A stretch of 24,000 nt of DNA, taken from contig CP061211.1 in assembly GCA_026016245.1 (NCBI GenBank), forward strand, positions 10,930-34,929, written 5' to 3'. The notes under the pieces were generated by a model. That model made no database searches, was not told the DNA's origin, and saw only the letters and a program-made list of their open reading frames with translations. A program made the position numbers and the translations under genes. This document shows positions 8,252 to 14,805 of the stretch, piece by piece; position 1 is the first letter of the stretch, and every line of letters begins with the position of its first letter. Origin of the DNA: Candidatus Pacearchaeota archaeon. GTDB taxonomy: Archaea; Nanobdellota; Nanobdellia; Pacearchaeales; UBA284.

Positions 8252-9784
8252 TTATTTGAAGGTTTTTAATCCTATATTTTCAAGAGTATTTATGAATTCT
8301 TTATCTGAAAGTTTTACAGAAGTGCTCACCTTTGCTAGCAATGATAAATTTTTTCTTAAGCCAATAGATGTTCCTTCAGGTGTCTCTATTGGGCAGAATC
8401 TTCCATAGTGTGTTGGGTGTAATGTCCTTGCCTTGAAATTTTCTTGTTCACTAGGGAGCAGACTTATCACACGCTGCAATTGGGATAGTTTAGAGAGGAT
8501 ATTTGTTTTATCCATATTTTGCGTGACCCCAGAACGCTGTCCTATCCAGGAACCTGTTGCAAGAGCACTTTCAATACGGTGTGAAAATAAGGTGGATTTC
8601 GCAAGACTTCTTATGGAATAAAATTTCTTTTTCCTTGCAATCTTCTGCAAATTATGTTGGAGGTCTCTGATGAAAATTGTCAGGTTAACTCTAAATAAGT
8701 CAGTAAGAAGATTACCACTTAATCTCACACGTTTGTTAGAATAATGATCCTTATCACTCTCTAGCTTATGTTCCTTTGCTACTAGAAATTGTTTGATTAA
8801 TTTGCATAATGTGATTGCTTTTTCCTTTCTTGAGTCTGGCTTTGTCCCTATATGAGGCAATAATGCTGAGTCAAATCTCAGTTTTACTCTATCAAGCATT
8901 TCTTTTTTTGTCCCTTGTATTTTCATGATTTCTGCTATTGCCATCAAGGCGTCATTCATATCCTGCACTTTTGCATGTTCGAACAGATTAACTATGAGAC
9001 TGTCAGATTCGCTACCAATAAAGGAAGCTATGTCTGAATCTTTTGTTATTCCTAAAGCCTTGATAAGAAGAAAGGAGGGGATGCTTTTGAAGCGAGAAAA
9101 AGAGACAAGAATTAACCCATCTTGAGTTTGGGTTATAGAAACAGGAATCCTATAACTGCCACGAGAAGAATACATTCTTAAAGAAATACCTTTTATTGTT
9201 TCTTCTGTAAATGCCTGGTTTTGTGCTAAATCCTCAATCATAACAAGAACACGTTCGTTTCCATTAATGATAAAGTAACCACCAGAATCAGCAGGATCTT
9301 CATAATTCTTCACAAGGTCGGCAGTGGACATACCATGTAAATTACACCACTTACTTTTTGCCATTATGGGCATTCTTCCTATCTCTACATTACTGTATTC
9401 TTTGCCGCCAACTCCTATCTCGAGATAAACAGGAGCTGAATAAGTTATTTTTCTTAACTTGGCCTCTATAGGTAAAATGCTTCTGATAGAACCATCAGCC
9501 TCTATAATTTGTGGCCTTCCAACAGAGATTTTACCTAGCCAGAGCTCGACCTCTTCCCTTGAGATTTCTTCATTTATGTTGTTAACAATCTCCTGAAGTC
9601 TGTTCTCAATAAAATCATTAAAAGATAGAATATTAGATTCAATAAGAGAGTGCTGTTGCAAGTATCTTCTAATAAGGAAGTGTTTTTTCTTCTTATCTTC
9701 CTCGATTTGTTCTTTCCCCTTCCCTTTTTCCTTTTCCTCGACCTTTTGGGCTTCTTCCTTTTTGTTTTTTCCTTCTTCAACCAT
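8252..9784 (-). CDS. rpoB2: DNA-directed RNA polymerase subunit B'' (N-terminal half of split RpoB)
   Basis: The track ORF starts at a TTG (9799); I prefer the in-frame ATG at 9784 (MVEEGKN...). Motifs HSLIESNILSFNDFIENRLQEIV, GGYFIINGNERVLV, DHYSNKRVRLSGNLL, HPTHYGRFCPIETPEG. The stop is 4 nt before the B' start. Confidence 0.9.
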   Translation of the reverse strand: MVEEGKNKKEEAQKVEEKEKGKGKEQIEEDKKKKHFLIRRYLQQHSLIESNILSFNDFIENRLQEIVNNINEEISREEVELWLGKISVGRPQIIEADGSIRSILPIEAKLRKITYSAPVYLEIGVGGKEYSNVEIGRMPIMAKSKWCNLHGMSTADLVKNYEDPADSGGYFIINGNERVLVMIEDLAQNQAFTEETIKGISLRMYSSRGSYRIPVSITQTQDGLILVSFSRFKSIPSFLLIKALGITKDSDIASFIGSESDSLIVNLFEHAKVQDMNDALMAIAEIMKIQGTKKEMLDRVKLRFDSALLPHIGTKPDSRKEKAITLCKLIKQFLVAKEHKLESDKDHYSNKRVRLSGNLLTDLFRVNLTIFIRDLQHNLQKIARKKKFYSIRSLAKSTLFSHRIESALATGSWIGQRSGVTQNMDKTNILSKLSQLQRVISLLPSEQENFKARTLHPTHYGRFCPIETPEGTSIGLRKNLSLLAKVSTSVKLSDKEFINTLENIGLKTFK

Positions 9785-9809
9785 TTTAAGATAAAACAAT
9801 CAAAATTAA

Positions 9810-10019
9810 TTAAGGAACAACAATACGGTAATATATAACTTTGCCGTTGGATGTTTTTCTTTCAATCTTAATTATATCTCCTACTTTTATATCGTCGGAC
9901 AAAATAGGATCTTTTTTTTTGATTTTAGGTAGTTGAGTTGCAGTAATATTAAGTTTTTCCAATAATAATCTGGCTTCTTCTGGCTTCAGTTTAAGGTGTT
10001 TGGATTGTAGAACATACAT
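9810..10019 (-). CDS. rpoH: DNA-directed RNA polymerase subunit H (Rpb5-like)
   Basis: 69 aa. LKPEEARLLLEKLNITATQLPKIKKKDPI...GDIIKIERKT...IYYRIVV is the RpoH consensus. It is the first gene of the rpoH-B-A operon. Confidence 0.9.
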   Translation of the reverse strand: MYVLQSKHLKLKPEEARLLLEKLNITATQLPKIKKKDPILSDDIKVGDIIKIERKTSNGKVIYYRIVVP

Positions 10020-10056
10020 TTTTCAGACAAACTCAACAAGATATTTTATTGAAAAT

Positions 10057-10068
10057 GGTTTTTAAATC
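10057..10068 (-). promoter_or_regulatory. Candidate TATA/BRE box for the rpoH-rpoB-rpoA operon
   Basis: Read on the minus strand: GATTTAAAAACC, centred about 43 nt upstream of the rpoH ATG. That implies a TSS near 10036 and a short leader. Candidate only. Confidence 0.4.
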
Positions 10069-10137
10069 TTTTGTTTTTTAAGACCACAATTTACAGATTC
10101 TTATTTTTAGATTTTTCCTCTATAAAATATATCTTAA

Positions 10138-10154
10138 GGTTTTTGATTTAAAAC
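10138..10154. promoter_or_regulatory. Third copy of the GGTTTTT(A/G)A..TTTAAA motif in the divergent intergenic region; function unknown
   Basis: GGTTTTTGATTTAAAAC lies between the two exact GGTTTTTAAATC copies, with no adjacent gene at promoter distance. Confidence 0.25.
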
Positions 10155-10199
10155 AAAATAGTTTTTTGTAGTCACTTATCAATAATTAAAAAATAGAAA

Positions 10200-10211
10200 G
10201 GTTTTTAAATC
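10200..10211 (+). promoter_or_regulatory. Candidate TATA box for the small-ORF/trmB operon
   Basis: GGTTTTTAAATC is centred about 34 nt upstream of the ATG at 10239, which implies a very short or absent leader. Confidence 0.4.
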
Positions 10212-10238
10212 CCTTTGTCCTTGTCGAATAGTAATAAA

Positions 10239-10421
10239 ATGGAACCAACTGAACTTCAAAAAAACTTGAAATTAGATAGATTTGGTATAATTATTGATGA
10301 AAAGGATGGGTCACACACAATAACCGACCCTGTTTCTAAAACACCCTATATTATTTTTGATCCTTCTACACAATTAAAAGAAAAATCAAAAATAAATAAA
10401 CAAAAAATATATGTAATATAA
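10239..10421 (+). CDS. Hypothetical small protein (60 aa from the ATG)
   Basis: The track ORF starts at a TTG (10215). The ATG at 10239 fits the promoter spacing better. The stop is 1 nt before the trmB ATG. No recognisable motif. Confidence 0.4.
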   Translation: MEPTELQKNLKLDRFGIIIDEKDGSHTITDPVSKTPYIIFDPSTQLKEKSKINKQKIYVI

Positions 10422-10422
10422 G

Positions 10423-11235
10423 ATGATAGCTAAAACTGAACTTATCAAAAAAGTGAAGTACCATTTTAGTTTGAACATTTATGAGAGTAAGGTTTGGATA
10501 GCCCTCTTAAACAAGACTATAGCTACTGTTGGTGAGATAGCTGAGATAAGTGGTGTTCCAAGAAGCCGTGTCTATGATGTTTTAGAAAGCCTGGAAAAGA
10601 GAGGCTTTGCAATAGCCAAATTAGGAAAGCCTGTTAGATACATAGCAGTTAAACCTTCTGTTGTTATTGAGCATATGAAAAATAACATGCTAAGAAATGC
10701 TGAAGAGAGGGCAAAGAATCTGACAACTATGAAAGATAGTGTAGAATATAGGGAGTTAGAGGTTTTGCATAGTAAAGGAATCAAACCTATACAGCCAGAG
10801 GATTTAAGTTCAGCAATTAAAGGAAGACAGAATATTTATAGTCACATAAAAGACTTACTCGGAGGAGCTGAGAAGGAAATTATTTTTATTTCAACCTCTG
10901 ATGCACTTAAGAGAAAAGCACATTTTCTTAAACCTATTTTAAAGAAATTAAAAAATCAAGGTGTTACTGTGAATATAGCTGCAAGTGCAAAGAATCCTGG
11001 AGACGAAAAAGAAAAATTAAACTTGATTAGTTTAAGCAAAGAACTTGGAGTTCCTATAAGAAGAATTAAGATCAATGCTAGATTCTGTATTGTTGATGGT
11101 TCAAAACTCTTGATTTTTATAACTCCTGATAGTGATGTTGAAGGTGACATAGCTATCTGGATCAATAGTCCTTTCTTTGGAAAAGCATTAACAACTTTTT
11201 TAAGTCCTGTATGGAGAATATCTAGAGCAAGATAA
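10423..11235 (+). CDS. TrmB-family transcriptional regulator (N-terminal wHTH plus C-terminal TrmB-type domain)
   Basis: 270 aa. YESKVWIALLNKTIATVGEIAEISGVPRSRVYDVLESLEKRGFAIAKLGKPVRYIAVKP is the TrmB wHTH signature. The C-terminal part (IIFISTSD...VTVNIAAS...ARFCIVDGSKLLIF) resembles the TrmB C-terminal domain. Confidence 0.8.
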   Translation: MIAKTELIKKVKYHFSLNIYESKVWIALLNKTIATVGEIAEISGVPRSRVYDVLESLEKRGFAIAKLGKPVRYIAVKPSVVIEHMKNNMLRNAEERAKNLTTMKDSVEYRELEVLHSKGIKPIQPEDLSSAIKGRQNIYSHIKDLLGGAEKEIIFISTSDALKRKAHFLKPILKKLKNQGVTVNIAASAKNPGDEKEKLNLISLSKELGVPIRRIKINARFCIVDGSKLLIFITPDSDVEGDIAIWINSPFFGKALTTFLSPVWRISRAR

Positions 11236-11236
11236 A

Positions 11237-11467
11237 ATGGAAGAACAAAATAAACCCTCAAAATTAGATTATATTATGTCACTTACCCCTATTCCAGTAA
11301 TAGGTGAAAGATGTGCAAAAAAAGTTTGGTCTTATGAAGCTGAGAAAGATTCAAAAGGAGATGTTAGTGGAAGAGTTTTTATATCAAGATATATCGCATA
11401 TTGCGTTATTCCTTCAATGATTGCTGGCCCATGTGCACTAGCACTTAAAATAAAAAATCTTATATAA
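11237..11467 (+). CDS. Hypothetical small protein (76 aa) with a hydrophobic C-terminal segment
   Basis: The ATG is 1 nt after the trmB stop, which suggests translational coupling. No recognisable motif. Confidence 0.35.
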   Translation: MEEQNKPSKLDYIMSLTPIPVIGERCAKKVWSYEAEKDSKGDVSGRVFISRYIAYCVIPSMIAGPCALALKIKNLI

Positions 11468-11553
11468 TTCTAATTAGTGCTATTTTATTAACTATCTTTT
11501 CTATTTTTAAAACTAAGAAAATTAAAAATAAAATAAAAAATAAAAACAAAAAT
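11468..11553. terminator. Convergent intergenic region with oligo-T runs on both strands (candidate archaeal terminators)
   Basis: The plus strand has TATTTTATT...CTTTTCTATTTTT after the 76-aa ORF. The minus strand reads TTTTTGTTTTTATTTTTTATTTTATTTTT after the membrane-protein gene. Confidence 0.3.
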
Positions 11554-11898
11554 TTAACGTTTAGCCAAGCTAAAAACAGATTTTAGGGCAACAATGATTG
11601 TTGCTGGCACGAACAATATCAGTAGATTCTCTAGGATTTGTGCTAAGAAATTGACGCCAAGTTTGTCTACTCCAAATACACTACCTCCGAAATAGCTAAC
11701 AATAACTAAGATTACACCAGCTATCAGGAAAGGCTGTGCTTCAACATCAGTTATGTTCAATAGACCAATAAGGATACCAATAACTACTAGAACCCAATAA
11801 ACCCATGTTGCCATGGCAAGAAATCCGAAGATCACTGCTATAATCACACCAATAAGAAATGCCCATGCACCTAGCATGTTTCCTTTCTTTTTAGGCAT
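11554..11898 (-). CDS. Small integral membrane protein (3-4 predicted TM helices), unknown function
   Basis: 114 aa, almost entirely hydrophobic segments (AWAFLIGVIIAVIFGFLAMATWVYWVLVVIGILIGLL...). A strong Shine-Dalgarno AAGGAGGT lies about 10 nt upstream of the ATG. Confidence 0.6.
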   Translation of the reverse strand: MPKKKGNMLGAWAFLIGVIIAVIFGFLAMATWVYWVLVVIGILIGLLNITDVEAQPFLIAGVILVIVSYFGGSVFGVDKLGVNFLAQILENLLILFVPATIIVALKSVFSLAKR

Positions 11899-12011
11899 TT
11901 TATTCTTTACCTCCTTTTAGATTTAAAATTACTAATATAAGAGGAATGTTCTTTTTAAAGTTTTTGCTTCATTTTTTCTATCTTTTAGTAATATAAAATA
12001 AAAAAAATAGT

Positions 12012-12758
12012 TTATTTCTTTTTTAACCAATTTATAAGAATTTTTAGTGACTTTTCATAGTTTTCATTAATTCCAAGACTATGGTCCGCTCCTTTAATTA
12101 ATTCTAACTTTGCATCAGGAAAATTTTTTGTTAGCTTCTTAGTATTTTCAGGATTAACACATTCATCATCTGTTCCTTGTATAATTAAAGTTGGAATTTT
12201 AATATTCTTTACTTTATCATACATTGTATACTGGTGACCATCTTCTACAAATTCATATCTTATCTTGTGTTTAGTGCCATCTGATTTTATATGATATGTG
12301 TAACCTTGTTCTTTCCATTTTTTTAATCCTTTTTTTCCTTTCATTAACAATACATCTTCATCATTGGAGGAGGTTGGAGATCTTAAAATTAAAAACTTTA
12401 GTTCTGGATGTTTTAAAGTTGTGGCCATAGCTACCAAACCACCTGTACTTGTGCCAAGCAAACTAATCTTTTTGTAGCCTTTATCTTTACAAAATTTTAT
12501 TGCAGATTCAACAACCCCTATATATTTTGTTATTGTTGCAAATTCAAATTTTGGTTCTGATTCTCCTAGGTTATCTAAGTCTATTCTTAAAGTGTTGATT
12601 TTATTTTTACCTAGTTCTTCTGCAATTATTTTTGTACCTTTATCTTTGTTTGAAGAAAACCCATGAATAAGTATTATAATTTTTTTTTCTGGGCTTGGTT
12701 CATCAATAACGCCACAGATCTTTTCATTAAATTTATTTTTAAAGAATATTTTTTTCAT
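12012..12758 (-). CDS. Alpha/beta-fold hydrolase (serine hydrolase, dienelactone-hydrolase/S9-like)
   Basis: I start at the ATG at 12758 (MKKIFFKNK...), because the upstream part of the track ORF reads through tRNA-Cys. Evidence: oxyanion region ILIHGF, nucleophile elbow GTSTGG (GxSxG), QGTDDECV (Asp), ADHS (His). Confidence 0.75.
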   Translation of the reverse strand: MKKIFFKNKFNEKICGVIDEPSPEKKIIILIHGFSSNKDKGTKIIAEELGKNKINTLRIDLDNLGESEPKFEFATITKYIGVVESAIKFCKDKGYKKISLLGTSTGGLVAMATTLKHPELKFLILRSPTSSNDEDVLLMKGKKGLKKWKEQGYTYHIKSDGTKHKIRYEFVEDGHQYTMYDKVKNIKIPTLIIQGTDDECVNPENTKKLTKNFPDAKLELIKGADHSLGINENYEKSLKILINWLKKK

Positions 12759-12771
12759 CTTTGTTTTGGTA

Positions 12772-12842
12772 AGCAGGGGAGGGGAATTGAACCCCCGTAC
12801 GTCGGTCTGCAACCGACTGCATAACCACTCTGCCACCCCTGC
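12772..12842 (-). tRNA. tRNA-Cys (GCA)
   Basis: Minus-strand read: GCAGGGG TG GCAG AGTGGTTA TGC A GTCGG TTGCAGA CCGAC GTAC GGGGG TTCAATT CCCCT CCCCTGC T. The cloverleaf has a 7-bp acceptor stem, anticodon loop TT-GCA-GA, and discriminator U as expected for tRNA-Cys. No directly encoded CCA. Confidence 0.85.
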
Positions 12843-12844
12843 AG

Positions 12845-12952
12845 AGGGCCTGACGGGACTCGAACCCGCAACATCCAGCTTTCTCCGTTCGGGTTGATAA
12901 GGGCTTGCCCTTATTTAGAAGGCTGGCGCTCTATCCATTGAGCTACAGGCCC
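12845..12952 (-). tRNA. tRNA-Arg (UCU), intron-containing (108-nt precursor, 73 nt mature)
   Basis: Minus-strand read: GGGCCTG TA GCTC AATGGATA GAGC G CCAGC CTTCTA[35-nt insert]A GCTGG ATGTT GCGGG TTCGAGT CCCGT CAGGCCC T. All four stems pair. With the insert at the canonical 37/38 position the anticodon is TCT. Confidence 0.8.
12881..12915 (-). other. tRNA intron (about 35 nt; boundaries ambiguous by 1-2 nt because of flanking A runs)
   Basis: Insert AATAAGGGCAAGCCCTTATCAACCCGAACGGAGAA lies between the anticodon-loop halves. It contains a perfect inverted repeat ATAAGGGC/GCCCTTAT. The 3' AGAA can pair with TTCT of the anticodon loop to form a 4-bp helix, as in bulge-helix-bulge substrates. 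Confidence 0.65.
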
Positions 12953-12973
12953 AATATAAAAAGAAAGAAGAAA

Positions 12974-12984
12974 CTTTTAAATTT
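12974..12984 (-). promoter_or_regulatory. Candidate TATA box for the tRNA-Arg/tRNA-Cys transcription unit
   Basis: Read on the minus strand: AAATTTAAAAG, centred about 26 nt upstream of the tRNA-Arg 5' end (12952). It overlaps the stop codon of the GGDEF gene (12983..12985). Confidence 0.5.
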
Positions 12985-13684
12985 AACTTTTATCCCCAAC
13001 AAATTGTTTTTCTATTTTTTCAAGAAAAGAAATCTTACTGATATCATCATATTCCATATAACAATTCTTACCATGTTCTTTGGCATATCTTAGAGCTATG
13101 TTGGCTTTCTCAAACAAATCTAGATTACCATTTCTCTTCCCATTTTTACTTTTTGGCATAAATTTTTCATAAGCACTTTTCATCTTTGATGTGGCTAATT
13201 CAGTTTTTTTATTATGTGAGGCGACTCCAATACTTGCTGTAAGATTAAAAGAAGCAAGAAATTTATCCTCTTGAATAAACTTCCTAATTCTTTCAGCCAT
13301 ATTTTTAGCATCTTCTGAGGGAGTTTCAGGCATTAAAACAACAAATTCTTCACCGCCAAACCTAGCAGCGACATCTGTTTCTCGGACATTACTTTTGATA
13401 ATCATTGAAACCATCTGTAAAACCTCATCGCCACGAAGATAACCATGCTTATCATTGATCCTTTTAAAATCATCTAAATCAAGAAGCAACATTGAGATAG
13501 TTCTGCCATAACGTTCAGCTATTGCCATCTCATGTTTAAAGACAGAATTAAAATACCTATAATTGTAAAGTTGTGTTTTAGTATCCACAGTAGCTAGATA
13601 ATAAAGCTTGGCTATTTTTTTAGCATCAAGACCTTTCTTAAGATCTTCTTTTCTACCTAAAATTTTCTTTAACCAGTCTGCCAT
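12983..13684 (-). CDS. Stand-alone GGDEF-domain protein (putative diguanylate cyclase)
   Basis: I start at the ATG at 13684 (MADWLKK...); the track start at 13726 is a GTG. Evidence: TQLYNYRYF, LLLDLDDFKRINDKHGYLRGDEVL (metal/GTP-binding Asp, Asn and Asp), RETD I-site-like RxxD five residues before RFGGEEFVVLMP (GGEEF), SIGVA, and ALRYAKEHGKN. Confidence 0.8.
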   Translation of the reverse strand: MADWLKKILGRKEDLKKGLDAKKIAKLYYLATVDTKTQLYNYRYFNSVFKHEMAIAERYGRTISMLLLDLDDFKRINDKHGYLRGDEVLQMVSMIIKSNVRETDVAARFGGEEFVVLMPETPSEDAKNMAERIRKFIQEDKFLASFNLTASIGVASHNKKTELATSKMKSAYEKFMPKSKNGKRNGNLDLFEKANIALRYAKEHGKNCYMEYDDISKISFLEKIEKQFVGDKS

Positions 13685-13730
13685 CTTAAAATTCAAATAT
13701 ATCAAATAATATAATCCAACAAACACAATA

Positions 13731-13744
13731 CCTTTAAAAATTTA
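13731..13744 (+). promoter_or_regulatory. Candidate TATA box for tatD (leaderless spacing)
   Basis: CCTTTAAAAATTTA is centred about 25 nt upstream of the tatD ATG at 13762. Confidence 0.4.
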
Positions 13745-13761
13745 ACCTTTATCAATTTATT

Positions 13762-14526
13762 ATGATAGATTGCCATTGCCATTTTGAGCAAAAAGAGTAT
13801 GATAAAGATAGAAACAAAATCATAGAAAAGTGTAAAAAACAACTAAAAGCAATAATAACATCATCAGCGCATCCAAAAGATATAAAATTAACACTAGAAC
13901 TAACAAAAAAATATCCAAATTTTATATTTGCAGCAATAGGTTTACATCCAACTTATATTAAGGAACTGACAGAAGAGCAAATAAACAAAACAATAGAAGC
14001 AATAAAAAATAACAAAGACAAGATTGTTGCAGTTGGAGAGATAGGTTTAGATTATTTCTGGATCAAAGAAGAGGAATGGCAAGAAAAACAAAGACAACTT
14101 TTCAAAAAAATGATAAAAATAGTAAAAGAACTAGGATTGCCTTTAGTAATTCATAGCAGAAATGCCAGAGAAGATACAATAAAAATTTTAGAAGAAGAAG
14201 GAATGAAAAGGAAAAAGGTTTTAATGCATCTATTTACTGACAGAAAAAATTTACAAAGAGTGATAGATAATGGCTGGTTTGTTTCAATAGGTCCTGGCAT
14301 CAAGAGATCAAAAAATCTAAGAAAGATAGCGAGAGATACTCCTTTAAATAAAATTCTTCTGGAAACTGATTCTCCGTGGTTTGCTCAAGAAAATCAAAAA
14401 TATGGAACTCCACTCAATATAAAAATTGCAGCAAAAAAAATCGCAGAAATAAAAAAATTAACCATAGAACAGGTAGAAAAGCAAACAGATTTAAATGCAA
14501 TTGAATTTTTTAATTTAGAATGGTAG
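13762..14526 (+). CDS. tatD: TatD-family metal-dependent hydrolase/DNase
   Basis: 254 aa. MIDCHCHF (HxH), GEIGLDY, VIHSRNA, LMHLF, ETDSPW: the full set of TatD metal-ligand motifs. Confidence 0.9.
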   Translation: MIDCHCHFEQKEYDKDRNKIIEKCKKQLKAIITSSAHPKDIKLTLELTKKYPNFIFAAIGLHPTYIKELTEEQINKTIEAIKNNKDKIVAVGEIGLDYFWIKEEEWQEKQRQLFKKMIKIVKELGLPLVIHSRNAREDTIKILEEEGMKRKKVLMHLFTDRKNLQRVIDNGWFVSIGPGIKRSKNLRKIARDTPLNKILLETDSPWFAQENQKYGTPLNIKIAAKKIAEIKKLTIEQVEKQTDLNAIEFFNLEW

Positions 14527-14804
14527 ATTTATTCATGATTTTAGCAATAATCGTCGCATTATTAGGTTATCCTCTTGGCCTCATTCTTGCAAAAATAACA
14601 AAAGAAGAATTAAAAACAGGAAAAAAATGGTTTAGGTTGATTATTGCTGTTTGTGTAATAGCAATAGTAGTTTCAGTCATATTTACAGGAGGAAAAACTT
14701 TCTTGTTTCTTATTTTAAGTTTTGTTTTTATTATTCTAGTCACTTTGCCATCATTGATTAAGAAAGAAAAACAAAAGAAGAAAAAGAAGAAAAAGAAAAA
14801 ATAA
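14520..14804 (+). CDS. Small membrane protein (about 3 TM helices) with a poly-lysine C-terminus
   Basis: 94 aa. Hydrophobic segments ILAIIVALLGYPLGLIL, LIIAVCVIAIVVSVIF and FLFLILSFVFIILVTL, then KKEKQKKKKKKKKK. The start is either ATG 14520 (overlapping the tatD stop) or ATG 14535. Confidence 0.45.
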   Translation: MVDLFMILAIIVALLGYPLGLILAKITKEELKTGKKWFRLIIAVCVIAIVVSVIFTGGKTFLFLILSFVFIILVTLPSLIKKEKQKKKKKKKKK

Positions 14805-14805
14805 A

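Noticed and set aside
6632-9125. Plus-strand ORFs inside rpoB' and rpoB'' (6632..6838, 6845..7039, 7844..8155, 7848..8054, 8433..8621, 8925..9125)
   Set aside because: Antisense shadows of conserved RNAP subunit genes, with no independent support.
9574-9838. ORFs 9574..9780 (-) and 9650..9838 (+) overlapping the 5' end of rpoB''
   Set aside because: These are alternative-frame and antisense readings of the Lys/Glu-rich purine repeat. The basic or Phe/Leu-rich products are artefacts of that repeat.
10572-11261. Minus-strand ORFs 10572..10784 and 10956..11261 inside the TrmB-family gene
   Set aside because: Antisense to a gene with a clear TrmB wHTH signature, and no motifs of their own.
11899-12011. 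Possible C/D-box sRNA or other ncRNA in the 113-nt spacer between the membrane-protein and hydrolase genes
   Set aside because: I found no RUGAUGA/CUGA box pair and no convincing stem. The region is better explained by a TATA-like box (minus strand CTTTAAAAAG, about 11950-11960), a leader and the AAGGAGGT Shine-Dalgarno of the membrane-protein gene.
12767-12772. Possible genomically encoded CCA end for tRNA-Cys (minus strand reads ...CCCCTGC-T-TA-CCA)
   Set aside because: The CCA is displaced by 2 nt from the discriminator, so it is not an encoded 3' CCA. CCA is presumably added post-transcriptionally.
12759-12836. N-terminal 26 codons of the track ORF 12012..12836 (MAEWLCSRLQTDVRGFNSPPLLTKTK)
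   Set aside because: This stretch is the tRNA-Cys gene read as protein, from a GTG start. The hydrolase most likely begins at ATG 12758.
12905-13093. 62-aa plus-strand ORF (MPLFRRLALYPLSYRP...)
   Set aside because: It reads through the antisense of tRNA-Arg and the 3' end of the GGDEF gene from a TTG start. Not credible as a gene.
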